Below are positions 38,646-49,377 of a stretch of 64,000 bases of DNA, in pieces. Each line of letters opens with the position of its first letter. The stretch's first letter is position 1. A program made the position numbers and the translations under genes. Below the pieces are notes generated by a model. That model saw nothing but the letters and a program-made list of their open reading frames with translations. It was not told the DNA's origin and did not search any database. This stretch comes from Oculatellaceae cyanobacterium bins.114 (GTDB lineage Bacteria > Cyanobacteriota > Cyanobacteriia > Elainellales > Elainellaceae). The stretch is from the NCBI GenBank assembly GCA_033764315.1, contig JANRJA010000172.1, positions 14,675 to 78,674 of the forward strand, in the 5' to 3' direction.

Positions 38646-39688
38646 GGATTGGATTGGAGTCTGCTTCCGTATAAGTTAAATGTTGCTAAACACCCTGCTT
38701 TGATATCAGTCTTAAAAGTTACTTCAAAAATAAACCTGAATCAACAATCTTAATATCAAGATCACTGTGTTTTGAAATAACTTGTAACTCATGTTGAGTA
38801 ACGATTTGACACAGAATGATTGAATTTATGAGTCAAGTTTTTTTAACCACCACTGAATATTAAATACCTAAATCGTTCTGTATGTTTATTCTTTGAAAAT
38901 CCATTCAAAAAATATCAGATCCCACAAAAAAACATCTTTATGCTGTCTTAATTCTAACGATTCGTTCTGAAATAACCGTAGACTCAAAAATCAATACCAG
39001 TTTTGTGCCAGGGAGTTAACTGTTTAGGAAACTATCTTTGTAACATAAAATCACCCCTACACGCTTGCATAAATCCGTAGTTTTACATCGGCCTTTGAGC
39101 AAATCGTACCTGAACGGGGTAGGGGCGTTTGAGGGAGAAACAGGAGGACTGGAGGGGCGATCGCCCATTGTGGCTAACGTTGTTTTCGTAGGTAGAGGTA
39201 TCTGAATACGCTAAAGAGGCTGACCCAAAATTGTTACTAAGGCTGGATATTACCTATATCTGACGGTAGAGTATTAAGATAAGTTATGAGGATTACACTG
39301 ATTAGCAGTGGTAATTAACTAAACTTAACTAAGTAGAAAGGGTTTGTTGACTAGGGTTATCTAAATTTCTTTTTTAAGAGCATAAATCACCCAGTCTGGT
39401 TTAACCGTGCTGATCAGGGTCTTCTCTTCCAGAAACAAGCAATTGAGGACTGTAATCACGCAACTCAGCGTTGGTCTTGGCTATGAATTGACTTTTGTAG
39501 AGTAAAAAGCCTGACCCTTTAAAGCTGATTTGTCTATTGGTAAGTAGTTCTAACAGTTGCTGAGTGGCTAGTTATGTCTGTTTTCTGTGACTGATTTGAA
39601 ACAACGGTGCCTCTCGAATATGCCCAGTTGTGAGTAAACTCACTTACTAGTTTGCCCCTCTAAGGTAGACAGTTCTCTGTTTGACATA

Positions 39689-41662
39689 ATGCAAAAAGCA
39701 ATTGAACCAAACCCTACACTACAGCTTCAGCAACGGTTATTGATTGCAAGTGTCGTCAATCAAATCAACCAGATGATTCGTAGTGCCGCTCACTTGGGTG
39801 AGATTTTAAGATTTTCCTGCCAGCTACTCGCTCAAACCCTTGCTTGCAAAAGCGTTCGAGTTTTGCTACCCCAAGACGATGATCAGCAAACCTTGGTGAT
39901 TTGGGGAGAATATAGCCAATCGACCTGTGCCATTGATTTAGGAGATGCGCTTTTACCCCAAGACCATCCCTATTTACAGCAGGTGTTGCTTCAGTCAACT
40001 CCACTTGCCTCGACTCAAGCCCACGTTGCTCGAGATGGACGAGAGTTAACTTGTTCTGTGCTGGCGATCGCCACTCAGTATGGAGGTCAAGTTAATAGCG
40101 TGATTGAGGTACAGCAGTGTGATGACCCCACTGGAGAAACGGCTTCTCATCGCCCTCGTCAATGGCTTGATTGGGAGTCTCAACTCTTGCAAGAGGTGGC
40201 TGGACAGTTGGCGATCGTGATTCACCAAAACATGCTGCACACCGAAATGAAACATCGGATTGTGCGGGAGTCTTTATTGCGCCTGATCACAAACCAGATT
40301 CGTAGTAGTCTCGACCTCAATGTCATTCTCAATACGGTTGTGCAACAGGTGCGGGAGTTGCTCAATACCGATCGCGTTGTGATTTATCAATTTCAGCAAG
40401 ACTGGCAAGGGACAGTAGTCGTTGAAAACGTCTTGCCAGCATGGACTTCTGTTTTAGGGGAAATGGGTCAAGACAACTGCTTTTCCTCTCAATATGCTGA
40501 GCTTTATCGAGGTGGGCGAGTTCGCGGTATTCACAATGTGTGCGAGGCGGGGTTAGACGAATGCCATGTCAACTTTTTGCAACGATTGCAGGTACAAGCC
40601 AACCTGATTGTGCCAATTCTGCAAAACACGACAGCTGATGAGTTAGACCCAACGGCTGAAGAGCAGAAATCTCCTAAGTTGTGGGGTTTGTTAATTGCTC
40701 ATGAATGTCGTAGCCCACGCCATTGGCAAGCCTGGGAAAAGGAATTGATGCAGCAATTAGGAGATCAAATTGCGATCGCCATTCAGCAGGCTGAGCTATA
40801 TACACAAGTGCGTATCAATGCTGCTCGGTCTCAGGCTCAGGCGGAGCAACTGCAAAACACCTTAGAAGAATTGCGCTCCACCCAAATTCAACTGATCCAA
40901 AGCGAAAAGCTCTCTAGCTTGGGACAGATGGTTGCAGGCATTGCCCATGAGATTAACAACGCTACCAATTTTATTCATGCCAATTTACCTTACGTCCAGC
41001 AATATGCAGCGGTTTTAGAGCAAGCGATCGCCCTTTGTACTGATTGTTATCCTGAGGCAAAAGAGGCGATCGCCGCTCGATTTGCAACTTTAGAAGTTGA
41101 TTTTGTGCGGCAAGATTTTCCTCAATTAATTCAATCAATGCAAACGGGAACAGGACGTATTCGAGATATCGTTTCAACCCTACGCAATTTTTCACGCCTA
41201 GATGAAACGGATTGCAAAGCAGTCGATGTGCATGAAGGCATTGATAGCAGCCTGGTGATTCTCAGACATCGCATTGATCCCCAGGTCAAGATTCACAAAG
41301 ATTACGGGTCGCTGCCCCCGGTCGAGTGCAACGCCGGACAGATCAATCAAGTTTTCTTAAATTTGTTGAGCAATGCTCTAGATGCAGGTGGAAACTCAGC
41401 CGAAATCACCATTCGCACCTGGCAACCTCATCCCGATGCAGTCATTATTTCTATTCGAGATAATGGCTCTGGTGTTCCCGAAGAGATTGTAAATCGGATC
41501 TTTGATCCCTTTTTCACTACAAAACCAGTTGGACAGGGAACAGGATTGGGGCTTTCAATTTGTCATCAAATCATTGTCAAACAGCATCGAGGTGCCATCC
41601 GGTGTATCAATCACCCCAATCAAGGGGCGGAGTTTCAGATTGAGTTGCCTATCTCACGCTAG
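39689..41662 (+). CDS. GAF - DXCF cyanobacteriochrome GAF - histidine kinase
   Basis: DRVVIYQF, QDNCF, ECH, ANLIVPI, LWGLLIAHEC, AHEINN, GQGTGLGL. Confidence 0.92.
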   Translation: MQKAIEPNPTLQLQQRLLIASVVNQINQMIRSAAHLGEILRFSCQLLAQTLACKSVRVLLPQDDDQQTLVIWGEYSQSTCAIDLGDALLPQDHPYLQQVLLQSTPLASTQAHVARDGRELTCSVLAIATQYGGQVNSVIEVQQCDDPTGETASHRPRQWLDWESQLLQEVAGQLAIVIHQNMLHTEMKHRIVRESLLRLITNQIRSSLDLNVILNTVVQQVRELLNTDRVVIYQFQQDWQGTVVVENVLPAWTSVLGEMGQDNCFSSQYAELYRGGRVRGIHNVCEAGLDECHVNFLQRLQVQANLIVPILQNTTADELDPTAEEQKSPKLWGLLIAHECRSPRHWQAWEKELMQQLGDQIAIAIQQAELYTQVRINAARSQAQAEQLQNTLEELRSTQIQLIQSEKLSSLGQMVAGIAHEINNATNFIHANLPYVQQYAAVLEQAIALCTDCYPEAKEAIAARFATLEVDFVRQDFPQLIQSMQTGTGRIRDIVSTLRNFSRLDETDCKAVDVHEGIDSSLVILRHRIDPQVKIHKDYGSLPPVECNAGQINQVFLNLLSNALDAGGNSAEITIRTWQPHPDAVIISIRDNGSGVPEEIVNRIFDPFFTTKPVGQGTGLGLSICHQIIVKQHRGAIRCINHPNQGAEFQIELPISR

Positions 41663-41686
41663 AGACTGATTGCAATAGGACGCCCA

Positions 41687-41713
41687 ATAAAAAGCACCCC
41701 TAAAGGAGTGCTT
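41687..41713 (-). terminator. Intrinsic terminator (U-tract on the minus strand)
   Basis: Minus strand AAGCACTCC-TTTA-GGGGTGCTT-TTTA. Confidence 0.65.
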
Positions 41714-41911
41714 GCAAACCAACTCACTTGAGCCTTGTGTAGCTGATGGCGGAATGAACGCCCTTTGATCAGCGATATCAAAATCAAAGCTGAGGAATGA
41801 AGATCAACGAAACTGTAATCTTTGTGGGATGGCTATCATTTGACTGAGCTAACGTCACAGTTTTGCCCGTTTGTCAGTGAGACATCCCACCAGTGATTGA
41901 ACTCATGATCC

Positions 41912-42358
41912 TTAGCTAAATGCAACACGGCTGCGATCGTAGGTTTCTGTTACAGCTGTATTGATCTTGCCTTGAATAGGATTCCAATACTCGTAAGCGT
42001 ATTGAGTAGGTAAACCGACTTGCACTGCAACACGGCTCAACATGGCTTGTTCACGTTGTTTGACGCTGCGGTGATGGTTGAGCATCAATGAGCGTAGCCG
42101 ATCATCCACGGAAACACGGGTTGAAGTTGCAACGACAACAGGCTCAACTGCAACAGGAACTGACACGGCTTCAGGCGTTGCTGTGCTGTAAGCCACACCC
42201 CGATATTTCAGATCGAGACTGGGCTGTTGCGCTAATTCTTTTTGCGCTTTGCGAAATCTCAAGCCAGAACCGCGATATTTGCCAGCGGCAACAACTTCAG
42301 TTGCTTGAGCTTGAGGAGGATTGTAATCGTAACTGATGCCACGGTAAGTAAGTTTCAT
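41912..42358 (-). CDS. gifB: Glutamine synthetase inactivating factor IF17 (DUF4278 + IF7-like C-terminus)
   Basis: MKLTYRGISY and two more YRG motifs; LMLNHHRSVKQREQAMLSR, YWNPIQGK, TYDRS match IF7/IF17; 148 aa; GAGG RBS. Confidence 0.88.
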   Translation of the reverse strand: MKLTYRGISYDYNPPQAQATEVVAAGKYRGSGLRFRKAQKELAQQPSLDLKYRGVAYSTATPEAVSVPVAVEPVVVATSTRVSVDDRLRSLMLNHHRSVKQREQAMLSRVAVQVGLPTQYAYEYWNPIQGKINTAVTETYDRSRVAFS

Positions 42359-42392
42359 AGAATTCGCCTCTTTGAAATATGTAACGGGTTGA

Positions 42393-42470
42393 GGCGCGTT
42401 CCTTCGGGATGTCTCCCTACTTCCGTCTCTTGAACTTGACGATTCAATGATCAAGAAAGAGATGAACGAT
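42393..42470 (-). ncRNA. Glutamine riboswitch (glnA motif, class I)
   Basis: Minus strand ATCGTTCATCTC...GAGACGGAAGTAGGGAGACATCCCGAAGGAACGCGCC in the gifB 5' UTR. Confidence 0.93.
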
Positions 42471-42478
42471 TTGTTTCT

Positions 42479-42492
42479 GTATCTATTGTTAC
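42479..42492 (-). promoter_or_regulatory. NtcA box overlapping the gifB -10 region
   Basis: GTAACAATAGATAC (GTA-N8-TAC); TTGACA at 42513-42508, 17 nt upstream of AACAAT. Confidence 0.88.
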
Positions 42493-42579
42493 CGTTTTGA
42501 CTTTTATTGTCAATCTATCCCCTCGAAATGTTAATGAACTGTGACATTTAATCTAAAGGTCGTGATCCTCTTTTGCTCT

Positions 42580-43371
42580 TTATGGAGGTGATATTAGGGC
42601 TTTGGTTACAGAGCCAAACGCCACAACGAGAATAATAACGACTGCGCCAATGCCGATCGGACTGGGTACCCAAAAAGTTGCCTCAATATGGTTTATGTCT
42701 CCAGATTTGAGGGTCCAAACTAGGTGTTTATCAGGCGATTGGTCGGGGATAGAGCTAGGGGTGGGTTGCAATTGGGGGCTTTGGGCACCCCAGGGGGTGT
42801 CGAGGCTAAATTCGAGGTCGAGCAGGCTGCCCGGACTAATCAAGACATTGCCCTCAGAGGAGAGAACACCGAGCGATCGCAGGTCAATGTCAAACGTCAG
42901 GTAGTTTTTTTCGACTAAGAAGAAGTTGCGTTGAAAGACGGTGAGGTGAGAAGCGATCGCAGGTAGATCGGGCGTTTTAGCTTGGGCGGGAAGCTCTTGG
43001 GGGGTGGGATTAAAAAATTGATTAAACTTCTCTTGCAACTCAACTCCATTGTTGAAGGGAATGGTAGCAACGATTTCTTGTTTCGAGAGGTGACGAACTC
43101 GTCCACCTAAATAGCGGGTTCGCTGTTCTAGCTTTTTGAGCCATTCCTGAGCGATCGCCCCGTTAAAGTTGGTGAGTTGTTCTCCTAGGTGAATGTGTTG
43201 GATGATTTCACCTTTATTTTGACCTGCAAAGTTGATTCCTACGTCATAGCGAATGCAGCCTGACAGCAGCACCGACAGAACTAGGAGCAACAAAACAGTT
43301 CGCACTGCTTTGAACCCATTTGCGATCGCCCCAAAACTGGCTTGAAATCTTGTCATGCTTTCATGTCTCAC
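42580..43371 (-). CDS. DUF3153 family lipoprotein/membrane protein
   Basis: LLSGC lipobox, IPFNNG.EL..KFN.FF, DLRSLGV, FWVPSPIGIG + TM; start uncertain. Confidence 0.78.
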   Translation of the reverse strand: MRHESMTRFQASFGAIANGFKAVRTVLLLLVLSVLLSGCIRYDVGINFAGQNKGEIIQHIHLGEQLTNFNGAIAQEWLKKLEQRTRYLGGRVRHLSKQEIVATIPFNNGVELQEKFNQFFNPTPQELPAQAKTPDLPAIASHLTVFQRNFFLVEKNYLTFDIDLRSLGVLSSEGNVLISPGSLLDLEFSLDTPWGAQSPQLQPTPSSIPDQSPDKHLVWTLKSGDINHIEATFWVPSPIGIGAVVIILVVAFGSVTKALISPP

Positions 43372-43404
43372 ACCTCACCCTTTCACTCTCTCACTCTTCG
43401 CTCT

Positions 43405-43983
43405 TTAGCTCAACCAGAGTAAACTGCCAAAAATGAGGGCGATCGCGATTAGAGCAACCCAAATAAAGCGATTGTCTTTAGTGTTGACCTGGCTGAGATC
43501 AATCGGTTCTAAATTAGGTTCAACCGAGGGGCGTGGACGAGGAGGACGTTTAGCTGGAGTATAGGCTCCTTTGGTGTCGCGCTCAGAAATGTCGAGTGCT
43601 GCCAGGTCTGGAATTTGGGTCAGCCATTCTGGACGGGTTTTGAGCCGGGGTGCTTTGAGAATATAGAGTAAACGGCTTCCCTGTTTGCGAGTGTCATGAT
43701 CTGGGTGGCGAGTGAGTTTTTCGCAGAGAGCGATCGCCTCTTCGCGTTGTTCTGCTGCCTCATAAGCAGTCACCAACCAGATTTGAATTTCGCCCCCCAA
43801 GCGCGAGGTACGATTGACCAAACTCGCTGCTTTTTCCAAAGCCTGCACTGATTGACGATAAGCACCTCGCTCAAAGGCAGCTTTGCCAGATTGATAATGT
43901 GCTTTAACAAGTTCTAAGGTTTCAGTGCTACTGTCTGGGTTCACCCACTTTGCTCCCTTCGATGGACTGTAATTGTGAATCAT
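43405..43983 (-). CDS. TPR-containing membrane-anchored protein
   Basis: YQSGKAAFERGAY, GGEIQIWLVTAYEA, C-terminal TM; start uncertain. Confidence 0.8.
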   Translation of the reverse strand: MIHNYSPSKGAKWVNPDSSTETLELVKAHYQSGKAAFERGAYRQSVQALEKAASLVNRTSRLGGEIQIWLVTAYEAAEQREEAIALCEKLTRHPDHDTRKQGSRLLYILKAPRLKTRPEWLTQIPDLAALDISERDTKGAYTPAKRPPRPRPSVEPNLEPIDLSQVNTKDNRFIWVALIAIALIFGSLLWLS

Positions 43984-44256
43984 GGTAGATCAGTAAACGA
44001 TTCACGGTCTTAAAAGATGATTTGTGCAGACGGTCTGATGGTATGAGACACGGGGTTCTATGCAACGGTGCAATGCAGAAACTTATGCCTCGGTTCACCC
44101 GTCTATTGGTTTAGGTCTGTTTGTTTAGATTAGTCGCCTAATCTAACGGTCTCCTCAAATTCTAACGAAGCGCGTTAGGCTAGAGGGTAGGCGATCGCTA
44201 CTTCCTAAGATTTATTTATGCGGTTACTACACGCTCAACATCAAGGTTTTAGTGGT

Positions 44257-44652
44257 ATGAAGCAATCCGTTTCTCTGTTGCTGTCAGGGGTTGTCATTAG
44301 TGCAGTTGGCATGACCAGTGCCTTACCTGTCTGGGCAGATGGGGTTGTGGTGCGTGGGGGTGCTGTCACGGTGCAAGTGGGAGACTATGGGCAACCTAGA
44401 GCTGTGTATAGCCGTGACTCTGAGCGAGACTATCGCGATCGCTGGTCAAGAGATAGATATGACAACGAGATTGAAGACTCTATTTTGATTAATCCCGTCG
44501 TGATTGACTCCTCTATTGAAGATTCGGTGTTGATTGACCCAGTGATTGTCAACACCTCTGGCTATGACTATGATAATGTCCGGGTTTATTCCACTGGAAG
44601 CACTCGCCCCACTTGCCAGGTGTTGTCAAACTTTAGAGCCGCCTGTAATTGA
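44257..44652 (+). CDS. Secreted hypothetical protein
   Basis: Signal peptide ending VWA, duplicated IEDS.LI.PV, terminal Cys pair; alternative start 44218. Confidence 0.65.
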   Translation: MKQSVSLLLSGVVISAVGMTSALPVWADGVVVRGGAVTVQVGDYGQPRAVYSRDSERDYRDRWSRDRYDNEIEDSILINPVVIDSSIEDSVLIDPVIVNTSGYDYDNVRVYSTGSTRPTCQVLSNFRAACN

Positions 44653-44682
44653 AAGACGGTTGGGGTGATCACGTTGAGGTGA

Positions 44683-45360
44683 TTACAAAGATGGGCAGGT
44701 TACTACTGCTTGAGGCAAGGTTGTCCCCCGCAAGTCGGCTCCATCCAACACGACACTTTGGATACTGGCTGTACTCAGATCGGCTCCTCTTAAGTCAGCC
44801 TCACTCAGATTGGCGTAGTCTAAAATTGCCCGATTGAGTACGACCTCAATTAAATTTGCCTGACACAGTGTGGCTTCGCGAAAATTCACTGAGATGAGAA
44901 TGGTGCGATAAAGGTCAGCCAAGGTGAGATTGGCTTGAATCATGCTGGCTTCACGTAAATTAGCACTTTTAAGAACAGCCCTGATCAGATAAGCACTATA
45001 AAAATTGACCCCGGTTAAGGTTGAATCAATTAAATCGGTTTGATTGAGGTTGGCATAACTTAAGTCAGCCTCAGCCATGTCGGTGCCCCGCATAATAGCA
45101 CTCATTAAGTTTGCCCCACGCAGATCAGCCCCCATGAGCTTGGTTTTGATCATATAGGCTTTGCTAAGATTGGCCCCACGCAGATCTGCACCGATGAGAT
45201 TTGCACCAATTAAATTGCTGCCATTGAAATCTATGCCGTTGAGATCGGCCAAAATAAGATTTGCCCCACTCAAGTCAGGTCTAATAGAGGACGTTCGTCG
45301 CCATTTGTTCCAAATTTCAACTCCCGATTGCAATAAAGCAACGTGATTATGGTTTGCCAT
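44683..45360 (-). CDS. Pentapeptide repeat protein
   Basis: MAN..H...L..GV..WN.WR cap and many A(D/N)LXX repeats. Confidence 0.95.
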   Translation of the reverse strand: MANHNHVALLQSGVEIWNKWRRTSSIRPDLSGANLILADLNGIDFNGSNLIGANLIGADLRGANLSKAYMIKTKLMGADLRGANLMSAIMRGTDMAEADLSYANLNQTDLIDSTLTGVNFYSAYLIRAVLKSANLREASMIQANLTLADLYRTILISVNFREATLCQANLIEVVLNRAILDYANLSEADLRGADLSTASIQSVVLDGADLRGTTLPQAVVTCPSL

Positions 45361-45920
45361 AGGGTGCGGTGTGACAGGGATGAAGTTTAAGCAATGCCCA
45401 TTCGTGAGTTCAGGAAAAATTGATACATCTAGACCATTTTTCTAAGAGGGCGATCGCTAACCGAGACTCTTGGATAAAGAGTCGTTGAGAGGTTATAAAG
45501 TTACAACAAAAAAATCGAATTGAAGCCCTAAATTGGGTCAAATGAACTCATCTCACTTGAATTCGGCAATGGTTAGGGGGTGTGAGTATCGGGTTGACGG
45601 GGACAGGGGCTATCTTAAAGAGCGCACTGAGGAAAGCCAAGCACTGAACCTGTGCTAGCCAAATGATCTCCACTGGGTCAACTATTGCAACCCACTCATC
45701 TCACAACTGATTTAGAACTGCTATATGTCTCTAATTGAGTAGTCCTCTAAAAGTAATAATTTTTGAGTAAGGACTACCCTCCAATTGTTCAGAGAAAATA
45801 GAGCCTGAGATAGAGGAAGTTAAATGGATTACTTTGTAAATTTAAATTGTCAGCAATAAGACTTGATTTTGAAATCAATTATTGCTTTTTAAAACAAAGA
45901 AAATTACGGGAGAAAATATC

Positions 45921-46103
45921 ATGAGTATTGATGATAGAGCCAAAGCAACTGCTAAGAATGTTGAAGGCAAGCTTCAAGAAGCTGTGGGTGAAGTAACAGG
46001 TAGCCCCAGAGACAAAGCTGAAGGCAAAGCCAAGCAAGCTGAAGCTGAAGGTCGTCATGCTGTTGAAGACATGAAAGATGCAGTTAAGCGTACGATTGAT
46101 TAA
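45921..46103 (+). CDS. CsbD family stress protein
   Basis: AKNVEGKLQEAVGEVTG...AEGKAKQAE; GGAG RBS. Confidence 0.9.
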   Translation: MSIDDRAKATAKNVEGKLQEAVGEVTGSPRDKAEGKAKQAEAEGRHAVEDMKDAVKRTID

Positions 46104-46123
46104 TCGTTTAATCTAAACTTCTA

Positions 46124-46192
46124 GCTTCCTTGGTTAAGTAAGGAAGCGGGTCATCTGCGAAGGCATGCTTATGTTTTTGCAGATGATTTTTT
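46124..46192 (+). terminator. Tandem hairpins / terminator after csbD
   Basis: GCTTCCTT..AAGGAAGC, then TCATCTGC..GCAGATGA followed by TTTTTT. Confidence 0.6.
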
Positions 46193-46582
46193 GTAATAAG
46201 AACTATTTAAAAGATACAGGTACTATCTTCTAATTTAATGATTCAAGATGTTAATCCAGAAGGAATAGGTTTGAGGTTAAAGGTTGATTGTATGGCGTGT
46301 TTAAACGTTTATTGACTTGGGGATATTGGAATTGAAGAACTGGCAAGCCAAACTGCTTGTAAACAATTAGAGCAGTTTGTAGAAAGCGGGCGATCGCTTT
46401 GAAGAAAGAAGCCTTTTATTTCATCAAATTACTGTACGGAGCAATCCTATTTGATTTGTGGAGAAAGGCTATTTGTGAAAGTGTTTGTCCAAAAGGCAGG
46501 CACTTTCACAAACGGTTTAGGATCGCCATAGCACTATATTGAATGAGATAAGATTAAGGCACTCGTCATTCCCCGATCCGTC

Positions 46583-46939
46583 ATGTTACAAGCTTCACCT
46601 GCTACCCTGGCTCCTGTTGCGGATTACTTTAAAGTTTTGTCCGAGGTGAGCCGACTTCAAGTTTTATGTTGTCTAAAGTCAGGGTCTAAAAATGTCACAG
46701 AAGTGATGGAAGAAACTGGATTGGGACAGGCCAATGTGTCTAAGCACCTAAAAATTTTGGCTCAAGCAGGAATCGTAGTGCGCCGCCCTCAAGGAATTAG
46801 TGTGTACTATGAAATCGTAGATCCACTGATCTTTAAACTGTGTGACTTAGTGTGCGATCGCCTTGCATTACTGTTAGAAGAACAATCCCATCAGTTGCAA
46901 CAGTTGAATGGACTGCGCGATCGCGTTAGTCAGAAATAG
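46583..46939 (+). CDS. ArsR/SmtB family transcriptional regulator
   Basis: FKVLSEVSRL, QANVSKHLKIL..AGIV, YYEI. Confidence 0.92.
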   Translation: MLQASPATLAPVADYFKVLSEVSRLQVLCCLKSGSKNVTEVMEETGLGQANVSKHLKILAQAGIVVRRPQGISVYYEIVDPLIFKLCDLVCDRLALLLEEQSHQLQQLNGLRDRVSQK

Positions 46940-46967
46940 AAGATGAGGATCCGGATCGGTGTCTTGA

Positions 46968-48911
46968 TTAACCTCCTACATGAATAGAAGGGCGCAAATT
47001 AGGTCTTTTTTCAGCTTTACGCAACACCTCTCGCGTCACAACTGCGATATCTCCTTCTCCAAACAAAATGAAGCGCAGCAGATATTGAATAGGATTGCCC
47101 TCGACCCAGCCAAAATAGGCATGGGGTATCTTGCCTGTCTGGTCACGGATAGATAACAAAATAGCGGCGATCGCATTTGGCACTGCCGCACTTTCGGCTC
47201 TCAAAATACGATAATCACCAACCATCACTCCTTTGACCCGAACGATATCAGCAAATTCTGATGCATCCGAAATTTGAACTTCTAAAAACACAACAGAGTC
47301 TGTATCGGGGATATGATTGTCTTCTCGAACTTCCCTCTCTTTTAAGAAATATTCCTCTACATCTCCTGTGTTAAGTCGGTTAGCGATCAAGCGTATTTTA
47401 TCTCGTTTGTTTTCTGTGATAAAACGACGGGCCGTTTCATCCATCTCAACCTGCTCGACTCGTAACTCGGTCGATCGCCATACTCTAGAGATCAGAGAGG
47501 TTAAGACGATCACACTGATAAAGAAAATCGCAATTCTGATCCCTTCAGGTCTTTCAATAATATTGGCAATAGTAGTGTAGATAAATACCAGCGTAATCAC
47601 ACCAAATGTCAAGGTTTCATGTTTGATGCGATGGTGACGAGACGATAGGGTAACGGCTAACGCGGCAGAGGTCATGAGGACTAAAACCCCAGTTGCATAA
47701 GCACCCCCTTGAGCTTCTACGTTTGCCTTAAAGAGAATTGTCACTGTAAAGGCAATGATTGTATAAACCAGGACTAGCGGACGGGTGGTTCGTGCCCAGT
47801 TGGGTGCCATGCCATAGCGCGGCAAATAGCGCGGCACAACATTGAGTAACCCTGCCATAGCAGAGGCACCCGCAAACCACAAAATGGCGATTGTGCTTAA
47901 GTCGTAGATCGTTCCAAAACCGTTACCTAAATAACGATGGGCGATATAGGCGAGAGCCCGTCCACTGGCTTTGCCACCTGTCTCAAACTCTGCTGCCGGA
48001 ATCAGTAATGTGGTGACTAGACTGCTGGTCAGCAGAAAAAAGCTCATGATTATTGCTGCCGTGGTCAACAGTTTACGGGTATTGCGAATGCGCCCAGTGG
48101 GATAGTCTTCGGTGTCGCTGCCGCTGCCTTGAACCAGTGGCATAACCACAACCCCAGTCTCAAATCCTGATAGACCCAATGCCAACTTTGGAAATAGCAG
48201 AACGGCGATCGCTATCATGACTAGAGGGTTACCGTGATTAGCAAACAAGGCATGGTGCCAATCAGCGATCGCTGAGGGATGATGCCAAACCTGCCATGTG
48301 CCCACCCCAATCGTAATTAGATTGAGAAATAGATAAATACTGACTAGAAACACCGCAAGCCCAATCGCTTCCTGAAATCCTCTTAAAAATACAATCCCTA
48401 GCAAGGCTACAAGCAGCAGGGTAATGATCACCTCTTGACCCTGCAAAAAACTTGGAATCAAAGGGTTTTCAACGATGTGGGCAGTGGCATCTGCCGCTGA
48501 AAGAGTAATGGTGATAATGAAGTCAGTTGCAACAAACCCCAACAAACAAAGCACCAGAAACTTACCCTGCCACCAGGGCAGGAGATGTTCGAGCATCGCG
48601 ATCGACCCTTCTCCATGAGGGCTTTTTGCCGCAATGCGGCGGTAAATCGGCAAGGCCCCGAACAGCGTTAATAACACTAGAATCAGGGTTGCTAATGGAG
48701 AAAGAGCACCTGCGGCTAAAGCCGCAATGCCGGGTTGATAGCCTAGAGTTGAGAAGTAATCAACCCCTGTTAGACACATGACCTGCCACCAAGTGTGCTT
48801 ACGGTGTGCCTTTCCCTTATCATAGGGGCCTTCCTTGGTTTGCCGATCTTCCTCTAGCAACCAATGCATGAATCTGTGGTAGTACCCAGGTGAGTTGATT
48901 GCGCGAGACAT
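46968..48911 (-). CDS. APC superfamily transporter
   Basis: About 12 TM segments, [21 protein letters not shown], soluble C-terminal domain; substrate unknown. Confidence 0.85.
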   Translation of the reverse strand: MSRAINSPGYYHRFMHWLLEEDRQTKEGPYDKGKAHRKHTWWQVMCLTGVDYFSTLGYQPGIAALAAGALSPLATLILVLLTLFGALPIYRRIAAKSPHGEGSIAMLEHLLPWWQGKFLVLCLLGFVATDFIITITLSAADATAHIVENPLIPSFLQGQEVIITLLLVALLGIVFLRGFQEAIGLAVFLVSIYLFLNLITIGVGTWQVWHHPSAIADWHHALFANHGNPLVMIAIAVLLFPKLALGLSGFETGVVVMPLVQGSGSDTEDYPTGRIRNTRKLLTTAAIIMSFFLLTSSLVTTLLIPAAEFETGGKASGRALAYIAHRYLGNGFGTIYDLSTIAILWFAGASAMAGLLNVVPRYLPRYGMAPNWARTTRPLVLVYTIIAFTVTILFKANVEAQGGAYATGVLVLMTSAALAVTLSSRHHRIKHETLTFGVITLVFIYTTIANIIERPEGIRIAIFFISVIVLTSLISRVWRSTELRVEQVEMDETARRFITENKRDKIRLIANRLNTGDVEEYFLKEREVREDNHIPDTDSVVFLEVQISDASEFADIVRVKGVMVGDYRILRAESAAVPNAIAAILLSIRDQTGKIPHAYFGWVEGNPIQYLLRFILFGEGDIAVVTREVLRKAEKRPNLRPSIHVGG

Positions 48912-49377
48912 TAATGCTGTTCCTTGCTGCTTAGAGCTAAGTTATGAAGTCAATCTTAAACCTTGAAACGGTTACTATTGCTTGATTTCTCTTGCTCATT
49001 GAAAAAGGGAAACCCAAACAAAAAACTGAAGTTTTCCTTTTACAAGTTACAAGGGGGTTTAGGGGCTCAAACCTTTCGTTTATGGATCGGCTCTAAAATC
49101 CAAGAATTTAGGATGATAGTAATACTGCGATGGACAACTAACATTTCCCTCATTTCCTGGCTCCTAATCTCACACGGAGAAGGGGAAACCTGCTTCTGGT
49201 TTTAGTTCTCTCCTCTAGAACAGGAGATGAGGGCGGTTTAATAGGGTTGTACATAGGGTAGTAATACATTAATCAGGCATACTCTAACTTAAAATTTTGC
49301 CCTTATTTTGGGGAGCTAATGTGACTTTTCCATTGTTCTTATGGTTGCATTAATTTTGGTGCATCACATTGGGGTCG

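Noticed and set aside
42359..42454. Longer N-terminus for gifB
   Set aside because: This stretch is the riboswitch leader; the RBS and MKLTYRG mark the start at 42358
45620..45660. RNase P-like GAGGAAAG
   Set aside because: GAGGAAAGCC lacks the rest of the RNase P conserved elements
49140..49250. Structured RNA or cobalamin riboswitch near cbiB
   Set aside because: Lies downstream of cbiB with no B12 box; looks like a decayed CCCTC/GAGGG hairpin repeat (similar remnant near 12405-12425)
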